Source of the DNA: Bacillota bacterium
Lineage (GTDB): Bacteria > Bacillota_I > Bacilli_A > RF39 > UBA660
NCBI GenBank assembly: GCA_015059495.1
Contig: SVAI01000001.1
Location: 1,055,811 to 1,119,810 of the forward strand
DNA length: 64,000 bases
Direction: 5' to 3'
Shown here: in pieces, positions 1 through 10,220 of the stretch
How the letters are laid out: each line of letters opens with the position of its first letter
Position numbering within the stretch: the stretch's first letter is position 1
The notes under the pieces: model-generated
Seen by the model: the letters and a program-made list of their open reading frames with translations, nothing else
Told to the model about the DNA's origin: nothing
The model's database searches: none
Translations under genes and position numbers: made by a program

Positions 1-22
1 ATAGTCTTAAAGACTATTTTTT

Positions 23-1942
23 TTATTCTAAAATATCTTCAGAACCCTTAATAAAATAATATACATAACCTTTATTTTTATCACTAACCTTTTCTCCAGT
101 AATAGAGTCAAGTAATAAACCTACTACATTATTTGGTGTTTCATACCAATCTTTATTATCGATATCATAAGATTCTATAGTATTAACCCATATATTTTTA
201 GCAATATTACCATCACTAGCCTTAACTTCCCTATTATCATCATATCCATTCCATACCATCATTAATATATTGGGATTATATCCTATCATCCAACAATCAC
301 TTTGAGTTGAACCAGTCTTCATAGCATACTTTCTACTTATTTTAGATGCTAAGGATATAATAGTTGGAGTATTATAATCTTTAAATGCACTATTATAAGT
401 AGATGTTAATAATTCATTTAATATATAAGTATAACTACTATTTAATACCTGATTATCAATATACTTCTTCTCATATAAAACATTACCATTTAAATCCTCT
501 ACCTTAGTTATAAAAGATAAATCTCTTTTCATACCATTACTAGCTAAAGTAGTATATGCATTAGCAAAATCTATCATTGGTAATTCTATAGTACCTAAAG
601 GTAATGATGCTATTTCTTCTAGTTTAGTTTCAATACCCATTCTTTTAGCAGTTTTAACCAATGCATCTTCACCTAAAAATAAGTGTGTTTTAACTGCATA
701 AATATTATCTGAATAAGATATAGCAGCAGCCATAGTAATGTCTTTATTAGCGTATTTATTATTATAATTAGAGGGACTATAAGTACTATTAGCAAATGTA
801 AAAGTTGTCTCTTCTGATTTAAAAGTAGATGCTCCAGTCATACCATTTTCTAAGGCTGCATAATATAAAAGTGGTTTCATAGTAGAACCAACTTGTCTTT
901 TAGATGATAATACCCTATTATATTGACTCTTAGAATAATTAACTCCTCCTATTAATGCCATGATATTACCATTATTAGGATTAATAATAATACTACTAGC
1001 TTGCATATCACCTTCTACATACTTATTTACTGATTCTTCTAATTTCTTTTGTAAATCTATATTTAAAGATGTATATACTCTAATACCACCAGTATCTATT
1101 AATGTCTTAGGTACACTTTTAATATTTCTTAATTCTTGTTTAACTGCATCTTGATAATACATAATATTAGATAATTCTCCATTATCTTTTTTACCATATA
1201 TTTCTATATTATTATTAAATAACTTACTACTATCTTCTAAAGAAATATAATTGTTATTAACCATTGAGTTAATAACAACCTTACTTCTTTTAATAGCATT
1301 ATCATAATTAGCTACAGGATTATAGTTATTAGGGCTTTTAGGTATGCCTGCTAATATAATAGCTTCTTCCATAGTTAAATCCTTAGCACTCTTATTAAAA
1401 TAGTAATTAGAGGCATTTTCTATGCCATAATTACCTTCTCCAAAATTAATAGTATTTAAATATCCTTCTAATATCTCATCTTTAGAAAAATGCATCTCTA
1501 ATTTTAGAGTTAACCATGCTTCTTCTAGCTTACGTTCTAAAGTCTTATCAAAATCTAAATATAAGTTCTTAACATATTGCTGTGATATAGTAGAGGCTCC
1601 ACCTACTATTTCTTTATTTTTAATATTTAAAAACAATGTTTTAATAATTCTTAAATAATCAAATCCCTTATGCTTATAAAAATTCTTATCTTCAATGGAT
1701 ATTATCGCATTCTTTACATTAGGAGATATATCATCTAAACTAACCCATTTATTAGTCTTACTCCCTTGATATACAATATTATTTTGATCATCATATAAAT
1801 AGAATTGACCATAAGATTTAATGTCTAAAACAGGGCTATAATAAGCAATTATATATAAAGATATGATAAATAATATAAATATAATTAATAATATAATATT
1901 AATCTTAATTATCTTTTTTAATAAAGACATTTTAACCACCAT
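23..1942 (-). CDS. Class A penicillin-binding protein (bifunctional transglycosylase/transpeptidase, PBP1-like)
   Basis: 639 aa; N-terminal TM; GT51 motifs (EDKNFYKHKGFD, GASTISQQ); transpeptidase SxxK (STMK) and KTG (KTGST). Confidence 0.8.
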   Translation of the reverse strand: MVVKMSLLKKIIKINIILLIIFILFIISLYIIAYYSPVLDIKSYGQFYLYDDQNNIVYQGSKTNKWVSLDDISPNVKNAIISIEDKNFYKHKGFDYLRIIKTLFLNIKNKEIVGGASTISQQYVKNLYLDFDKTLERKLEEAWLTLKLEMHFSKDEILEGYLNTINFGEGNYGIENASNYYFNKSAKDLTMEEAIILAGIPKSPNNYNPVANYDNAIKRSKVVINSMVNNNYISLEDSSKLFNNNIEIYGKKDNGELSNIMYYQDAVKQELRNIKSVPKTLIDTGGIRVYTSLNIDLQKKLEESVNKYVEGDMQASSIIINPNNGNIMALIGGVNYSKSQYNRVLSSKRQVGSTMKPLLYYAALENGMTGASTFKSEETTFTFANSTYSPSNYNNKYANKDITMAAAISYSDNIYAVKTHLFLGEDALVKTAKRMGIETKLEEIASLPLGTIELPMIDFANAYTTLASNGMKRDLSFITKVEDLNGNVLYEKKYIDNQVLNSSYTYILNELLTSTYNSAFKDYNTPTIISLASKISRKYAMKTGSTQSDCWMIGYNPNILMMVWNGYDDNREVKASDGNIAKNIWVNTIESYDIDNKDWYETPNNVVGLLLDSITGEKVSDKNKGYVYYFIKGSEDILE

Positions 1943-2024
1943 TATTAATATGTAAAAAAATTAATAATTTATGTAGTCAATTATATAATCCTATGCTATA
2001 ATGAAACATGTAAAAATTTAAAGG

Positions 2025-2387
2025 GTGATTACTATTAAAAATTTACTGGATTTTACACTATATAAACAAGATAATGTACAATTATTAAAAAATAGTGTTG
2101 CATATTTCAAAAAAATTGATAAAATATTGTTCGAAGTGGACAATTCAGCGTTTGAATTAATCGTTGATAATAAGGATGTATATCTTAAAAAAGAAACTTC
2201 AGAATATATATTTATATTAGATAGTAAAAAAGAACATGCTTTACTTACTTTAAGACAAGAAAATATATCTTTTGATATCTTAATTGAATATATTAATATA
2301 GATATTAAAGATAATATTTATACTATAGAATATAAACTAGAATCTGATGAAGAAAAAACTAGAATTGAAATTAAATTAAACAATTAG
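2025..2387 (+). CDS. Hypothetical protein (possibly DUF1934/YwiB-like beta-barrel)
   Basis: 120-aa ORF directly upstream of rpoE; no motif recognised with certainty. Confidence 0.3.
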   Translation: MITIKNLLDFTLYKQDNVQLLKNSVAYFKKIDKILFEVDNSAFELIVDNKDVYLKKETSEYIFILDSKKEHALLTLRQENISFDILIEYINIDIKDNIYTIEYKLESDEEKTRIEIKLNN

Positions 2388-2398
2388 GAGGAATTAAC

Positions 2399-2836
2399 AT
2401 GAAATTAAAAAATTTATCTAAAGAAGAATTAGAATCAATGAGTTATGATGAAATAGCTTATAAAATATTCGAAGAAGAAAATAAAAAAATGAAATTACCT
2501 GATTTATTTAAGAAAATATGTAATCTATTAGACTTAGATGAAAGTGAATATGAAAATAGAATTGCTGATTTCTTTCAATTAATCTCTAGAGATCAAAGAT
2601 TTACTATGCTTGATAAAGGTTATTGGGACTTAAAAGAAAAATACAAAGCAAATATTATTATGGATAATGATGAAGAAGAAGAAATCGAAGAGAGTGAAGA
2701 CGATCTAGACATCAACGAAGATGATGAATCATATAACTATGATGAAGATAATGAAGACGATGATGTTGAAGAAGATGACTTAAAAGACTTGGTCATTATA
2801 TCTGATGATGAAGAAGATGAAGCAAACATGGCCTAA
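2399..2836 (+). CDS. rpoE: DNA-directed RNA polymerase delta subunit
   Basis: N-terminal HARE-HTH-like region (SYDEIAYKIFEE..., DQRFTMLDKGYWDLKEKY) followed by a long poly-acidic (D/E) C-terminal tail typical of RpoE delta; GGAGG SD. Confidence 0.8.
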   Translation: MKLKNLSKEELESMSYDEIAYKIFEEENKKMKLPDLFKKICNLLDLDESEYENRIADFFQLISRDQRFTMLDKGYWDLKEKYKANIIMDNDEEEEIEESEDDLDINEDDESYNYDEDNEDDDVEEDDLKDLVIISDDEEDEANMA

Positions 2837-2875
2837 TAGTCGTTTGCTTTATTTTTAATGTAAGGAGAAATACAT

Positions 2876-3931
2876 ATGAACGAAAGATTAGAAAATATTC
2901 AAAAGAAATATGATGAATTAACTGAAGAATTAACTAAACCTGAAGTTTTAGCAGATTTTAATAAATTAAGAGTATTATCTAAAGAACAAAAAGATTTAGA
3001 AGATATAGTAGTTAAATATAAAGAATATAAAGCTTGTGAACAAGAAATAAAGGATGCAAAAGAATTAATGCAAGATCCTGAAATGAGAGAATTTGCTACT
3101 GAAGAATTAGAATCAGCTGAAAATAGACTTCCAGTTTTAGAACATGAATTAGAATTATTACTATTACCTAAAGATCCTAATGATGAAAAAAATATCATCA
3201 TGGAAATAAGAGGAGCTGCTGGTGGTGATGAAGCTAATATCTTTGCTGGAGACTTATTTAGAATGTATTCTAGATATGCTGAAAAACAAGGATGGTCACT
3301 AGAAATACTTCATGAAGTTGAAGGTGCAGCTGGTGGTTATGCTCAAATCGAATGTTTAATCAAAGGTGATAGCGTTTATTCTAAATTAAAATTCGAATCA
3401 GGTTCTCATAGAGTTCAAAGAGTTCCTGAAACTGAATCAGGTGATAGAGTTCATACTTCTACTGCAACAGTTGTAGTAATGCCTGAAGTAGATATTCAAG
3501 ATATTGAAATCAAAGAAAGTGATTTAAAAATAGATGTTTACCATTCATCTGGAGCTGGTGGACAATCAGTAAACACTTCAAACTCAGCCGTTCGTATTAC
3601 ACACGTACCAACAAATACTGTTGTTACATGCCAAATTGAACGTTCACAACTTAAAAATAAAGAAAGAGCTATGCAAATGCTTGCTACTAAACTACATGAT
3701 GAAGCAGAAGCTAAAAGAGAATCTGCAGTAGGTGCTGAAAGAAAGAGCAAAGTTGGAACTGGTGATAGATCTGAAAAGATTAGAACATACAACTATCCAC
3801 AAAACAGAGTTACTGACCACAGAATTAACTTCTCTATTATGGAATTAGATAAAGTTATGGAAGGTAATATAGATCCAATTATCGAAGCATTAATTACTGA
3901 AGATCAAAGATTAAAACTTGAGGGTAAATAA
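2876..3931 (+). CDS. prfA: Peptide chain release factor 1
   Basis: 351 aa; GGQ motif (SGAGGQSVNTSNSAVRITHVPT); conserved RF1 architecture; followed by prmC as in Bacillus. Confidence 0.95.
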   Translation: MNERLENIQKKYDELTEELTKPEVLADFNKLRVLSKEQKDLEDIVVKYKEYKACEQEIKDAKELMQDPEMREFATEELESAENRLPVLEHELELLLLPKDPNDEKNIIMEIRGAAGGDEANIFAGDLFRMYSRYAEKQGWSLEILHEVEGAAGGYAQIECLIKGDSVYSKLKFESGSHRVQRVPETESGDRVHTSTATVVVMPEVDIQDIEIKESDLKIDVYHSSGAGGQSVNTSNSAVRITHVPTNTVVTCQIERSQLKNKERAMQMLATKLHDEAEAKRESAVGAERKSKVGTGDRSEKIRTYNYPQNRVTDHRINFSIMELDKVMEGNIDPIIEALITEDQRLKLEGK

Positions 3932-4635
3932 TGTTTGATAAATATAATATAAATGATTTAAACAAACTAACTGATGAACAAAAAGAAAAACTAAAAAGTA
4001 ACTACCCTATTCAATATCTTCTAGGAAGTGTTAACTTCTATGGCTATGACTTTAAAGTAGATGAAAGAGTTTTAATACCTAGATATGAAACTGAATATTT
4101 AGTTGATGATACTATAAAATTAATTAAAGAACATATTAAAGAACCTAAAATCATAGATTTATGCACTGGTTCTGGTTGTATAGCAATATCACTTGCTAAA
4201 GAATTAAATACATCAGTAGATGCTTTAGATATATCTTTAGATGCTATTAACTTAGCTAAAGAAAATGCTGTTAATAACAATGTAGTTATTAACTACATAA
4301 ATGAAGATATTAAATCATTTAATACTAATAAAAAATATAATGTTATTATTTCTAATCCACCATATGTTAGATTAGATGAAGAAGTAGGCTTAGAAACTAA
4401 ATATGAACCACAAATAGCATTATTTGCAAGTGACAATGGTTTAGAATTCTATAAAATAATCTTAGATAAATCCAAGGATTTACTAGAAGATAAAAACATA
4501 ATTGCATTTGAAATTGGTGATAAACAAGGTGATTCTATTAAAGAATATGCTTTAAATATTTATCCTAATGCAAACATAATAATTAAAAAAGATTTAAATA
4601 ATCTTGAAAGATATGTATATATAATCAATGAATAA
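3931..4635 (+). CDS. prmC: Release factor glutamine N5-methyltransferase (HemK/PrmC)
   Basis: Start overlaps the prfA stop (TAATG); SAM-binding DLCTGSGCIA and NPPY motif (ISNPPYV). Confidence 0.85.
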   Translation: MFDKYNINDLNKLTDEQKEKLKSNYPIQYLLGSVNFYGYDFKVDERVLIPRYETEYLVDDTIKLIKEHIKEPKIIDLCTGSGCIAISLAKELNTSVDALDISLDAINLAKENAVNNNVVINYINEDIKSFNTNKKYNVIISNPPYVRLDEEVGLETKYEPQIALFASDNGLEFYKIILDKSKDLLEDKNIIAFEIGDKQGDSIKEYALNIYPNANIIIKKDLNNLERYVYIINE

Positions 4636-4695
4636 TTGATTATATTTTTTTGTTTAAAAATAATTATTAATTATCATAACTTATATGGTGATACT

Positions 4696-5199
4696 ATGAA
4701 AAAGATAATAATTATACTATTTATAATATCTTCATTATATTTAATTAATAATAAAGATGAAATTATAATACCAAGTAATTCTATTAGATTTAGAATAATA
4801 GCTTCTTCTAATTCAATTGAAGATCAAAATCTTAAAAACACAATTAAAGAGGACCTAATTAATAATGTATTACCTACTCTAGACTATAATGATATTGATA
4901 ATTCTATAAATAAATCTATACCTATATTAAAAGATACCTTAAATAAATATAATACCTCTTATGATATATCTTATGGATATAACTATTTTCCTAAGAAATC
5001 ATATAAAGGTATAACCTATCCTTCAGGCAATTATAAGTCTTTAGTAATAACTTTAAATGAAGGTTTAGGTAATAATTTCTTTTGTGTATTATATCCACCA
5101 TTATGCTTAATTGATGATAATAATACAACAAACATTGAATACAAATCTTTAATATTAGATACCATAAATAACTATACACACAAAACTTCGAGGATATAA
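4696..5199 (+). CDS. spoIIR: Stage II sporulation protein R-like (SpoIIR)
   Basis: Signal peptide MKKIIIILFIISSLYL; conserved SpoIIR motifs IRFRIIASSNSIEDQNLKNTIKEDL and YPSGNYKSLVITLNEGLGNNFFCVLYPPLC; sits downstream of prmC exactly as spoIIR does in B. subtilis. Start at internal ATG 4696 rather than ORF-track 4636. Confidence 0.55.
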   Translation: MKKIIIILFIISSLYLINNKDEIIIPSNSIRFRIIASSNSIEDQNLKNTIKEDLINNVLPTLDYNDIDNSINKSIPILKDTLNKYNTSYDISYGYNYFPKKSYKGITYPSGNYKSLVITLNEGLGNNFFCVLYPPLCLIDDNNTTNIEYKSLILDTINNYTHKTSRI

Positions 5200-5265
5200 G
5201 AATAATTTGACAAGTGCCGTCATTTAATTATATAGTAGTGATATAGAGATAGGATAGATTTATTT

Positions 5266-6516
5266 ATGGCAAAATTAATTATTGAAGGCAATAAAGAATT
5301 AAGTGGGACAATAAATATAAGTGGAGCTAAAAATAGTGCTGTTGCATTAATACCTGCTGCCATTTTAAGTGATGAAGAAGTAACAATAGATAATATACCT
5401 AATATATCTGATATTGAAGCATTAACTGAAATATTAGAATATCTAGGAGCTAAAGTATCTAGAGATGATACTTTAATGAAAATAGATACAAGATCTATTG
5501 TTAATAAACCAATTCCAGAAAATATATCTGCTAAACTAAGAGCATCATATTATTTTATGTCTGCTCTTCTAGGTAAATATAAACATGTAGAAATGTATTT
5601 CCCAGGTGGATGTAAGATTGGTAAAAGACCTATAGATCAAACATTAAAAGCGTTTGAAGCACTAGGTGCAATTGTAGAAGAAGATAATAATAAATACATA
5701 ATAGATGCTGAAGAACTAAAAGGTACAACTATTTATTTAGATATGCCTTCAGTTGGAGCAACTATTAATACAATTTTAGTAGCATGTCGTGCTAAGGGTA
5801 CAACTATACTAAGAAATGCTGCTAAAGAACCAGAAATAGTAAACGTTGAAACATTCCTAAACCAAATAGGAGCTAAGATTACTGGTGCTGGTACATCTGA
5901 AATTAAAATCCAAGGTGTTGAAAAATTATCTTCGGGATTTACTGAAGTAATTCCAGATCGTATCGAAGCTGGAACATACGTTATTCTTGGGGCTTTAATT
6001 GGTAATAATTTAAAGATTAATAATATAATTCCAGATCATATTAGATCTTTAACATCTAAATTAAGTGAAATGGGTATTCCAATGACTATAGATAATAGTT
6101 CAATTACTATATCTAAATCAAAGAAAAAGAACCCAGTAGCAATTACTACATTAGGTTATCCAGGATTTGCAACAGACCTACAACAACCTGTTACTACCCT
6201 ATTAACTCAATGCCAAGGTGTTTCACTGCTTACTGAAACAATCTATGAAAATAGATTTCAAAACGTTGAATACCTAAATAAAATGGGTGCTAATATAATT
6301 ATTAAAGATAAGACTATTGAAATATATGGTCCAACTAATCTTAAAGGTTGTGAAGTTAAAGCAACAGACTTAAGAGCAGGAGCTTGTTTAGTACTTGCTG
6401 GTTTAATAGCTGAAGGTACTACAACTGTTACAGATGTAGAACATATCTTAAGAGGATATGAAAACATCGTTGAAAAATTAACAAATGTTGGTGCTAAAAT
6501 CACTTTAGAAAAATAA
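5266..6516 (+). CDS. murA: UDP-N-acetylglucosamine 1-carboxyvinyltransferase
   Basis: 416 aa; N-terminal MAKLIIEGNKELSGTINISGAKNSAVALIPAAIL and overall MurA/EPT fold signature. Confidence 0.9.
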   Translation: MAKLIIEGNKELSGTINISGAKNSAVALIPAAILSDEEVTIDNIPNISDIEALTEILEYLGAKVSRDDTLMKIDTRSIVNKPIPENISAKLRASYYFMSALLGKYKHVEMYFPGGCKIGKRPIDQTLKAFEALGAIVEEDNNKYIIDAEELKGTTIYLDMPSVGATINTILVACRAKGTTILRNAAKEPEIVNVETFLNQIGAKITGAGTSEIKIQGVEKLSSGFTEVIPDRIEAGTYVILGALIGNNLKINNIIPDHIRSLTSKLSEMGIPMTIDNSSITISKSKKKNPVAITTLGYPGFATDLQQPVTTLLTQCQGVSLLTETIYENRFQNVEYLNKMGANIIIKDKTIEIYGPTNLKGCEVKATDLRAGACLVLAGLIAEGTTTVTDVEHILRGYENIVEKLTNVGAKITLEK

Positions 6517-6520
6517 AATA

Positions 6521-6546
6521 GTATTAATATACTATTTTTTTTATGG
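6521..6546 (+). terminator. Rho-independent terminator after murA
   Basis: Hairpin aatagtat..atactatt followed by a T-run. Confidence 0.5.
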
Positions 6547-6553
6547 TGATTTT

Positions 6554-7099
6554 ATGAAAATTAAATATCTTATAATGATAATGCTTGCTGTCTTGAGTGT
6601 CTATATAATATATAATCATAACTATAATAAAAATATTAATATTTTATCTATATCAAGTGTTAAAGATAACTATAACCCCTTTCTATCTAATTATTTAACC
6701 AATAGTAATCTTAAATTTAATCTAAATATAGATTACTCTACTAACTTAGAAATAGAAAACCTTATTGGACTTATTAACAATAATAAAAATAAAATACAAA
6801 GTATAATTAATAATAGTGATATTATAATACTTAATATAGGTAATATTGATATCTTAACTGAAGATACTAAAACAATTATTAATGAATTAAAAGAACTATT
6901 TATATTACTTAGAAAAATAAATACTAAAGAAATAATATATATTAGTCCAAATAATATAAAAAATACTATTTATATAAAAGAATTATGCCAGAAATATAAT
7001 ATATTATTTATAAATAGTTCATCTTTTAATAATATTGAACAATTATCTAAAACTATATATCGTAAAATAGAAAGTCAATATAATGCTAAAAAGGATTGA
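6554..7099 (+). CDS. Hypothetical N/I-rich membrane-anchored protein
   Basis: 181 aa; N-terminal TM; no recognisable domain. Confidence 0.35.
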   Translation: MKIKYLIMIMLAVLSVYIIYNHNYNKNINILSISSVKDNYNPFLSNYLTNSNLKFNLNIDYSTNLEIENLIGLINNNKNKIQSIINNSDIIILNIGNIDILTEDTKTIINELKELFILLRKINTKEIIYISPNNIKNTIYIKELCQKYNILFINSSSFNNIEQLSKTIYRKIESQYNAKKD

Positions 7100-7123
7100 T
7101 TTATTTAAAAAATATGCTATAAT
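7096..7123 (+). promoter_or_regulatory. Sigma-A-type promoter upstream of rpmE
   Basis: TTGATT (7096-7101), 16-nt spacer, TGcTATAAT extended -10 (7115-7123). Confidence 0.45.
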
Positions 7124-7182
7124 ACTCTAGGTAAATGAATTACTATGTTTAAAAATTAAACATGGCGAAAGGAGAAATTATC

Positions 7183-7401
7183 ATGGCAAAGAAAGATATT
7201 CATCCAACAATGTATGAAACTGAAGTTGAATGTGTATGTGGTGCAAAATTCACTGTTAAATCAACTAAAGAAAAGATTCACTGTGAAGTTTGTTCAGAAT
7301 GTCATCCATTCTACACAGGAGCACAAGGTAGAGTTAAAAAAGCTGGTGCTATTGACAAATTCAACAAAAAGTATGGATTTAATGATAAAGCTGCTAAGTA
7401 A
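7183..7401 (+). CDS. rpmE: 50S ribosomal protein L31 (Cys-containing type A)
   Basis: MAKKDIHP... with CxxC...CxxC; AAAGGAG SD before the ATG at 7183 (ORF-track start 7162 is an upstream in-frame extension). Confidence 0.9.
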   Translation: MAKKDIHPTMYETEVECVCGAKFTVKSTKEKIHCEVCSECHPFYTGAQGRVKKAGAIDKFNKKYGFNDKAAK

Positions 7402-7498
7402 GCAGTTTTTTTCATGCCATAAAGTGTAAAGTGGCATTCTAATAACTTTAAAAATAAAAATAGATATGATATTCTAAATAATGAAAGAAGGTATGTAT

Positions 7499-7948
7499 AT
7501 GAGTATATATATAGCATCAGATCATAGAGGTGTAGCTTTAGTAGAATTCTTATCTAGAGAACTATCTAAAGAAACAAGAGTTGTTACAAGTAAAATAGAA
7601 CATTCAGCAGAAGATGATTATCCAGACTTTGCTTTTGATGTATGCATGCATATGAATAAAGAAAATGATTTAGGTATCCTAATCTGTGGTAATGGTGTTG
7701 GAATTGCTATTGCTGCAAACAAAGTTAAAGGTATTCGTTGTGGACGTGTAGTATCGTTAGATGATGCAAAAGCAGCCAAAGAGCACAATCATGCCAATGT
7801 AATATCACTACCTGCATCTATTGACCCATCTTTAGCATTAGAAATCTGTAAAACTTTCATTGAAACAGTTCCATCCCAAGAAGATAGACATGTCAGAAGA
7901 GTTAATAAGATAACTATGTATGAAAATGGTGAATATAATGCAATTTAA
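7499..7948 (+). CDS. rpiB: Ribose-5-phosphate isomerase B (RpiB/LacAB family)
   Basis: MSIYIASDHRG..., ICGNGVGIAIAANK motifs; SD GAAAGAAGG before ATG 7499. Confidence 0.85.
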   Translation: MSIYIASDHRGVALVEFLSRELSKETRVVTSKIEHSAEDDYPDFAFDVCMHMNKENDLGILICGNGVGIAIAANKVKGIRCGRVVSLDDAKAAKEHNHANVISLPASIDPSLALEICKTFIETVPSQEDRHVRRVNKITMYENGEYNAI

Positions 7949-8134
7949 AATATATATTTATGTAATATCTGTAATGCTATCAGCATATACTTTAACAGGT
8001 GTAAATTTTGATAGTATTATTAAGAAAAATAAAAGAATAGAAGCAAGATTATTAGTAATCCTACTAAGTTTTATTATGGGTTACTTAATAACTAATTTTA
8101 TTGTAGATTTTACATCTAGTATTTAAGGAGATAT

Positions 8135-8998
8135 ATGAATAATAAACTATTAATATTTATAATAATTATTCTTATAATTATTAGTATTAGTATTAAACCT
8201 AAAGAAGTATTAATAGAACATAAAGATATTGAAGTATTACTAGATAATAATAAATTATCATTTAATGAGTATTTAATCGGAGTAGTTGGTTGTGAAATGC
8301 CAGCTTCTTTTCATTATGAGGCCCTAAAAGCCCAAGCGGTTGCATCTCGTACATTTGCTTATAACTATTTAAAAGATAATGTTATAAATATATCATCATC
8401 AGCCCAATGTTATAGTGATAACACTACCATAAAAGATAAATGGCAAAATAATTATGATAAATACTACTCTACTATAAAAAATGCTGTTGAAGAAACAAAT
8501 AATCAAGTTATAACCTATCAAGGTAATATAATTAAATCGTACTACTTTGCTATAAGTAATGGTAAAACTTCTTCTGCACTAAGTGTATTTAATGAAGATC
8601 TCCCCTACCTTACTAATGTAGACTCTACTTTTGATGAATCAGTTAATAAATATAAAGTAACTACTACATTTACTTATGATAACTTCTGCAGTCTATTAAA
8701 TATAAATCCATGTATTATAAATATATCTAATATCAAAAGAGATGATTCTAATCGTATTACTTCCCTACTCATTAATGATAAAGAATATGATGGAATAACA
8801 ATTCGAAAGCTATTAGGTTTAAGATCAACTGACTTTGATATTAAATTACTAGATAACATTGAAATAACTACTAAAGGATATGGACATGGTGTTGGTATGA
8901 GTCAATATGGAGCTAATTATCTAGCAAATAATAACTATACTTATGAAGAAATAATAAAATATTATTATAAAGATGTAGAAATAACTAGTATAAATTAA
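8135..8998 (+). CDS. spoIID: Stage II sporulation protein D-like (SpoIID/LytB amidase-enhancer family)
   Basis: N-terminal TM; conserved EYLIGVVGCEMPASFHYEALKAQAVASRTFAYNY block typical of SpoIID/LytB; AAGGAG SD; murA...spoIID neighbourhood as in Bacillus/Clostridium. Confidence 0.7.
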   Translation: MNNKLLIFIIIILIIISISIKPKEVLIEHKDIEVLLDNNKLSFNEYLIGVVGCEMPASFHYEALKAQAVASRTFAYNYLKDNVINISSSAQCYSDNTTIKDKWQNNYDKYYSTIKNAVEETNNQVITYQGNIIKSYYFAISNGKTSSALSVFNEDLPYLTNVDSTFDESVNKYKVTTTFTYDNFCSLLNINPCIINISNIKRDDSNRITSLLINDKEYDGITIRKLLGLRSTDFDIKLLDNIEITTKGYGHGVGMSQYGANYLANNNYTYEEIIKYYYKDVEITSIN

Positions 8999-9035
8999 TA
9001 ATAATTGTTCACACTTTAAATAGGAAGGTGAACAA

Positions 9036-9674
9036 ATGAAGAAAAAATTAAGACTAAGAGGATATGTAGTATATACTTTAATAGCTATGTTACTGGGCGT
9101 TATAGCCTACTCTGGATATGAAATATATAAATTAGTCCAAGAAGATTCAAAAGATATAGTAACGGATAATTATGTTAATAAAGAAATTAAAGAGCGTATT
9201 ATCCCTACTATTACAGTTAACGAAGAAGTAACTAAACCATATGATGATGAATCAGTAACTATTACTATCCCCTACTATAACGAAAATGATGAAGATAAAA
9301 AACAACAAGATGCCCTAATCTATTATGAAAATATCTACATGCAAAATACTGGTATAATGTATACTTCATCTAATAAGTTTAATGTTTTAGCAACCTTAGA
9401 TGGTACAGTAAAAAACATTAAAGATGATGAAATTATGGGTAAAATAATAGAAATAGAACATACTCCTAATGTTATTACTATTTATCAAAGTGTTGATAGT
9501 ATTAACGTCAGTGTTGGTCAAAAAGTAACTCAAGGTCAAATCATAGCCCAAGCATCAAGCAACCCAATCGTTGATAATAATACCTTTGCCCTACACTTTG
9601 AAGTATATAAAAATGGACAATTAATTAATCCAGAATCTTTCTTTAAAATGACTAAACAAGAAATTAATGAATAA
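9036..9674 (+). CDS. Membrane-anchored degenerate LytM/M23-domain protein (SpoIIQ-like)
   Basis: N-terminal TM; C-terminal M23-like fold with ALHFEV in place of the catalytic HLH; position immediately after spoIID. Confidence 0.45.
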   Translation: MKKKLRLRGYVVYTLIAMLLGVIAYSGYEIYKLVQEDSKDIVTDNYVNKEIKERIIPTITVNEEVTKPYDDESVTITIPYYNENDEDKKQQDALIYYENIYMQNTGIMYTSSNKFNVLATLDGTVKNIKDDEIMGKIIEIEHTPNVITIYQSVDSINVSVGQKVTQGQIIAQASSNPIVDNNTFALHFEVYKNGQLINPESFFKMTKQEINE

Positions 9675-9689
9675 ATCCCCTACTTTATT

Positions 9690-9722
9690 AAATAGATACT
9701 TAATTTTAAGTATCTTTTTTTA
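9690..9722 (+). terminator. Rho-independent terminator
   Basis: agatacttaattttaagtatct followed by a T-run. Confidence 0.5.
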
Positions 9723-9767
9723 ATGTTTATATGTTATAATTAAATATACAGATTGGATGTGATTTTG

Positions 9768-10208
9768 ATGAAAGTTATATTACTACAAGATGTTAAAAAA
9801 CAAGGAAAAAAAGATGATATTATAGATGTATCTGATGGATATGCTAAAAACTTCTTAATCAAGAATAAATTAGCAGTACCAGCAAGTACAAAAGCAAAAG
9901 AAGTTCTTCAAGATCAAAAGGACAAAAGAGCTCAAGACGAACAAATATTCGTTGATGAGTGTAATAAGTTAAAAAATAAACTTATTAAAGAAAAATTAGA
10001 GTTTACTGTTAAGACTGGAGCAGGGGATAAAGTATTCGGCCAAGTATCAGTAAAACAAATCCATTCTAAACTACAAGAGTTAGGCTATAAGATTGATAAG
10101 AAGTGTATTCATATAACAACACCAATTATATCTTTGGGTCAAACTGAAGTAGAAATTGAATTACATAAGAAGGTTAAATTTAATATTATTGTAACATTAA
10201 AAAAGTAG
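9768..10208 (+). CDS. rplI: 50S ribosomal protein L9
   Basis: [30 protein letters not shown] matches L9 N-domain; TGtTATAAT -10 at 9732-9740; ORF-track TTG 9753 is likely an upstream extension. Confidence 0.85.
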   Translation: MKVILLQDVKKQGKKDDIIDVSDGYAKNFLIKNKLAVPASTKAKEVLQDQKDKRAQDEQIFVDECNKLKNKLIKEKLEFTVKTGAGDKVFGQVSVKQIHSKLQELGYKIDKKCIHITTPIISLGQTEVEIELHKKVKFNIIVTLKK

Positions 10209-10220
10209 GGAGGTTTTAGT

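Noticed and set aside
960-1154. 64-aa ORF antisense inside the PBP gene; similar antisense or alternate-frame ORFs at 2899-3201, 3538-3792, 4044-4280, 4991-5179, 6258-6503, 7214-7429, 7311-7517, 8674-8859, 10601-10981, 13147-13419, 14003-14200, 14771-14998, 21039-21248, 21510-21896, 22000-22425, 24056-24277, 24464-24727, 26590-26958, 28806-29084, 29266-29580, 29709-29963, 30029-30780, 31187-31450, 33514-34157, 38930-39181, 42444-42644, 43251-43667, 45305-45496, 46220-46723, 49192-49548, 49216-49521, 51587-51880, 52000-52314, 53547-53756, 54732-54944, 56748-56960, 59338-59544, 59949-60191
   Set aside because: All lie within or antisense to well-supported longer genes. They lack SD sequences and have low-complexity or hydrophobic translations typical of AT-rich shadow ORFs.
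7402-7440. Hairpin (atgccat...gtggcat) after rpmE as a rho-independent terminator
   Set aside because: The T-run precedes rather than follows the hairpin on the plus strand, so it does not fit a canonical intrinsic terminator.
7920-8126. 68-aa hydrophobic ORF between rpiB and spoIID
   Set aside because: It overlaps the rpiB 3' end, has no clear SD, and is a hydrophobic AT-rich translation. It is possibly a small membrane protein but is not supportable.
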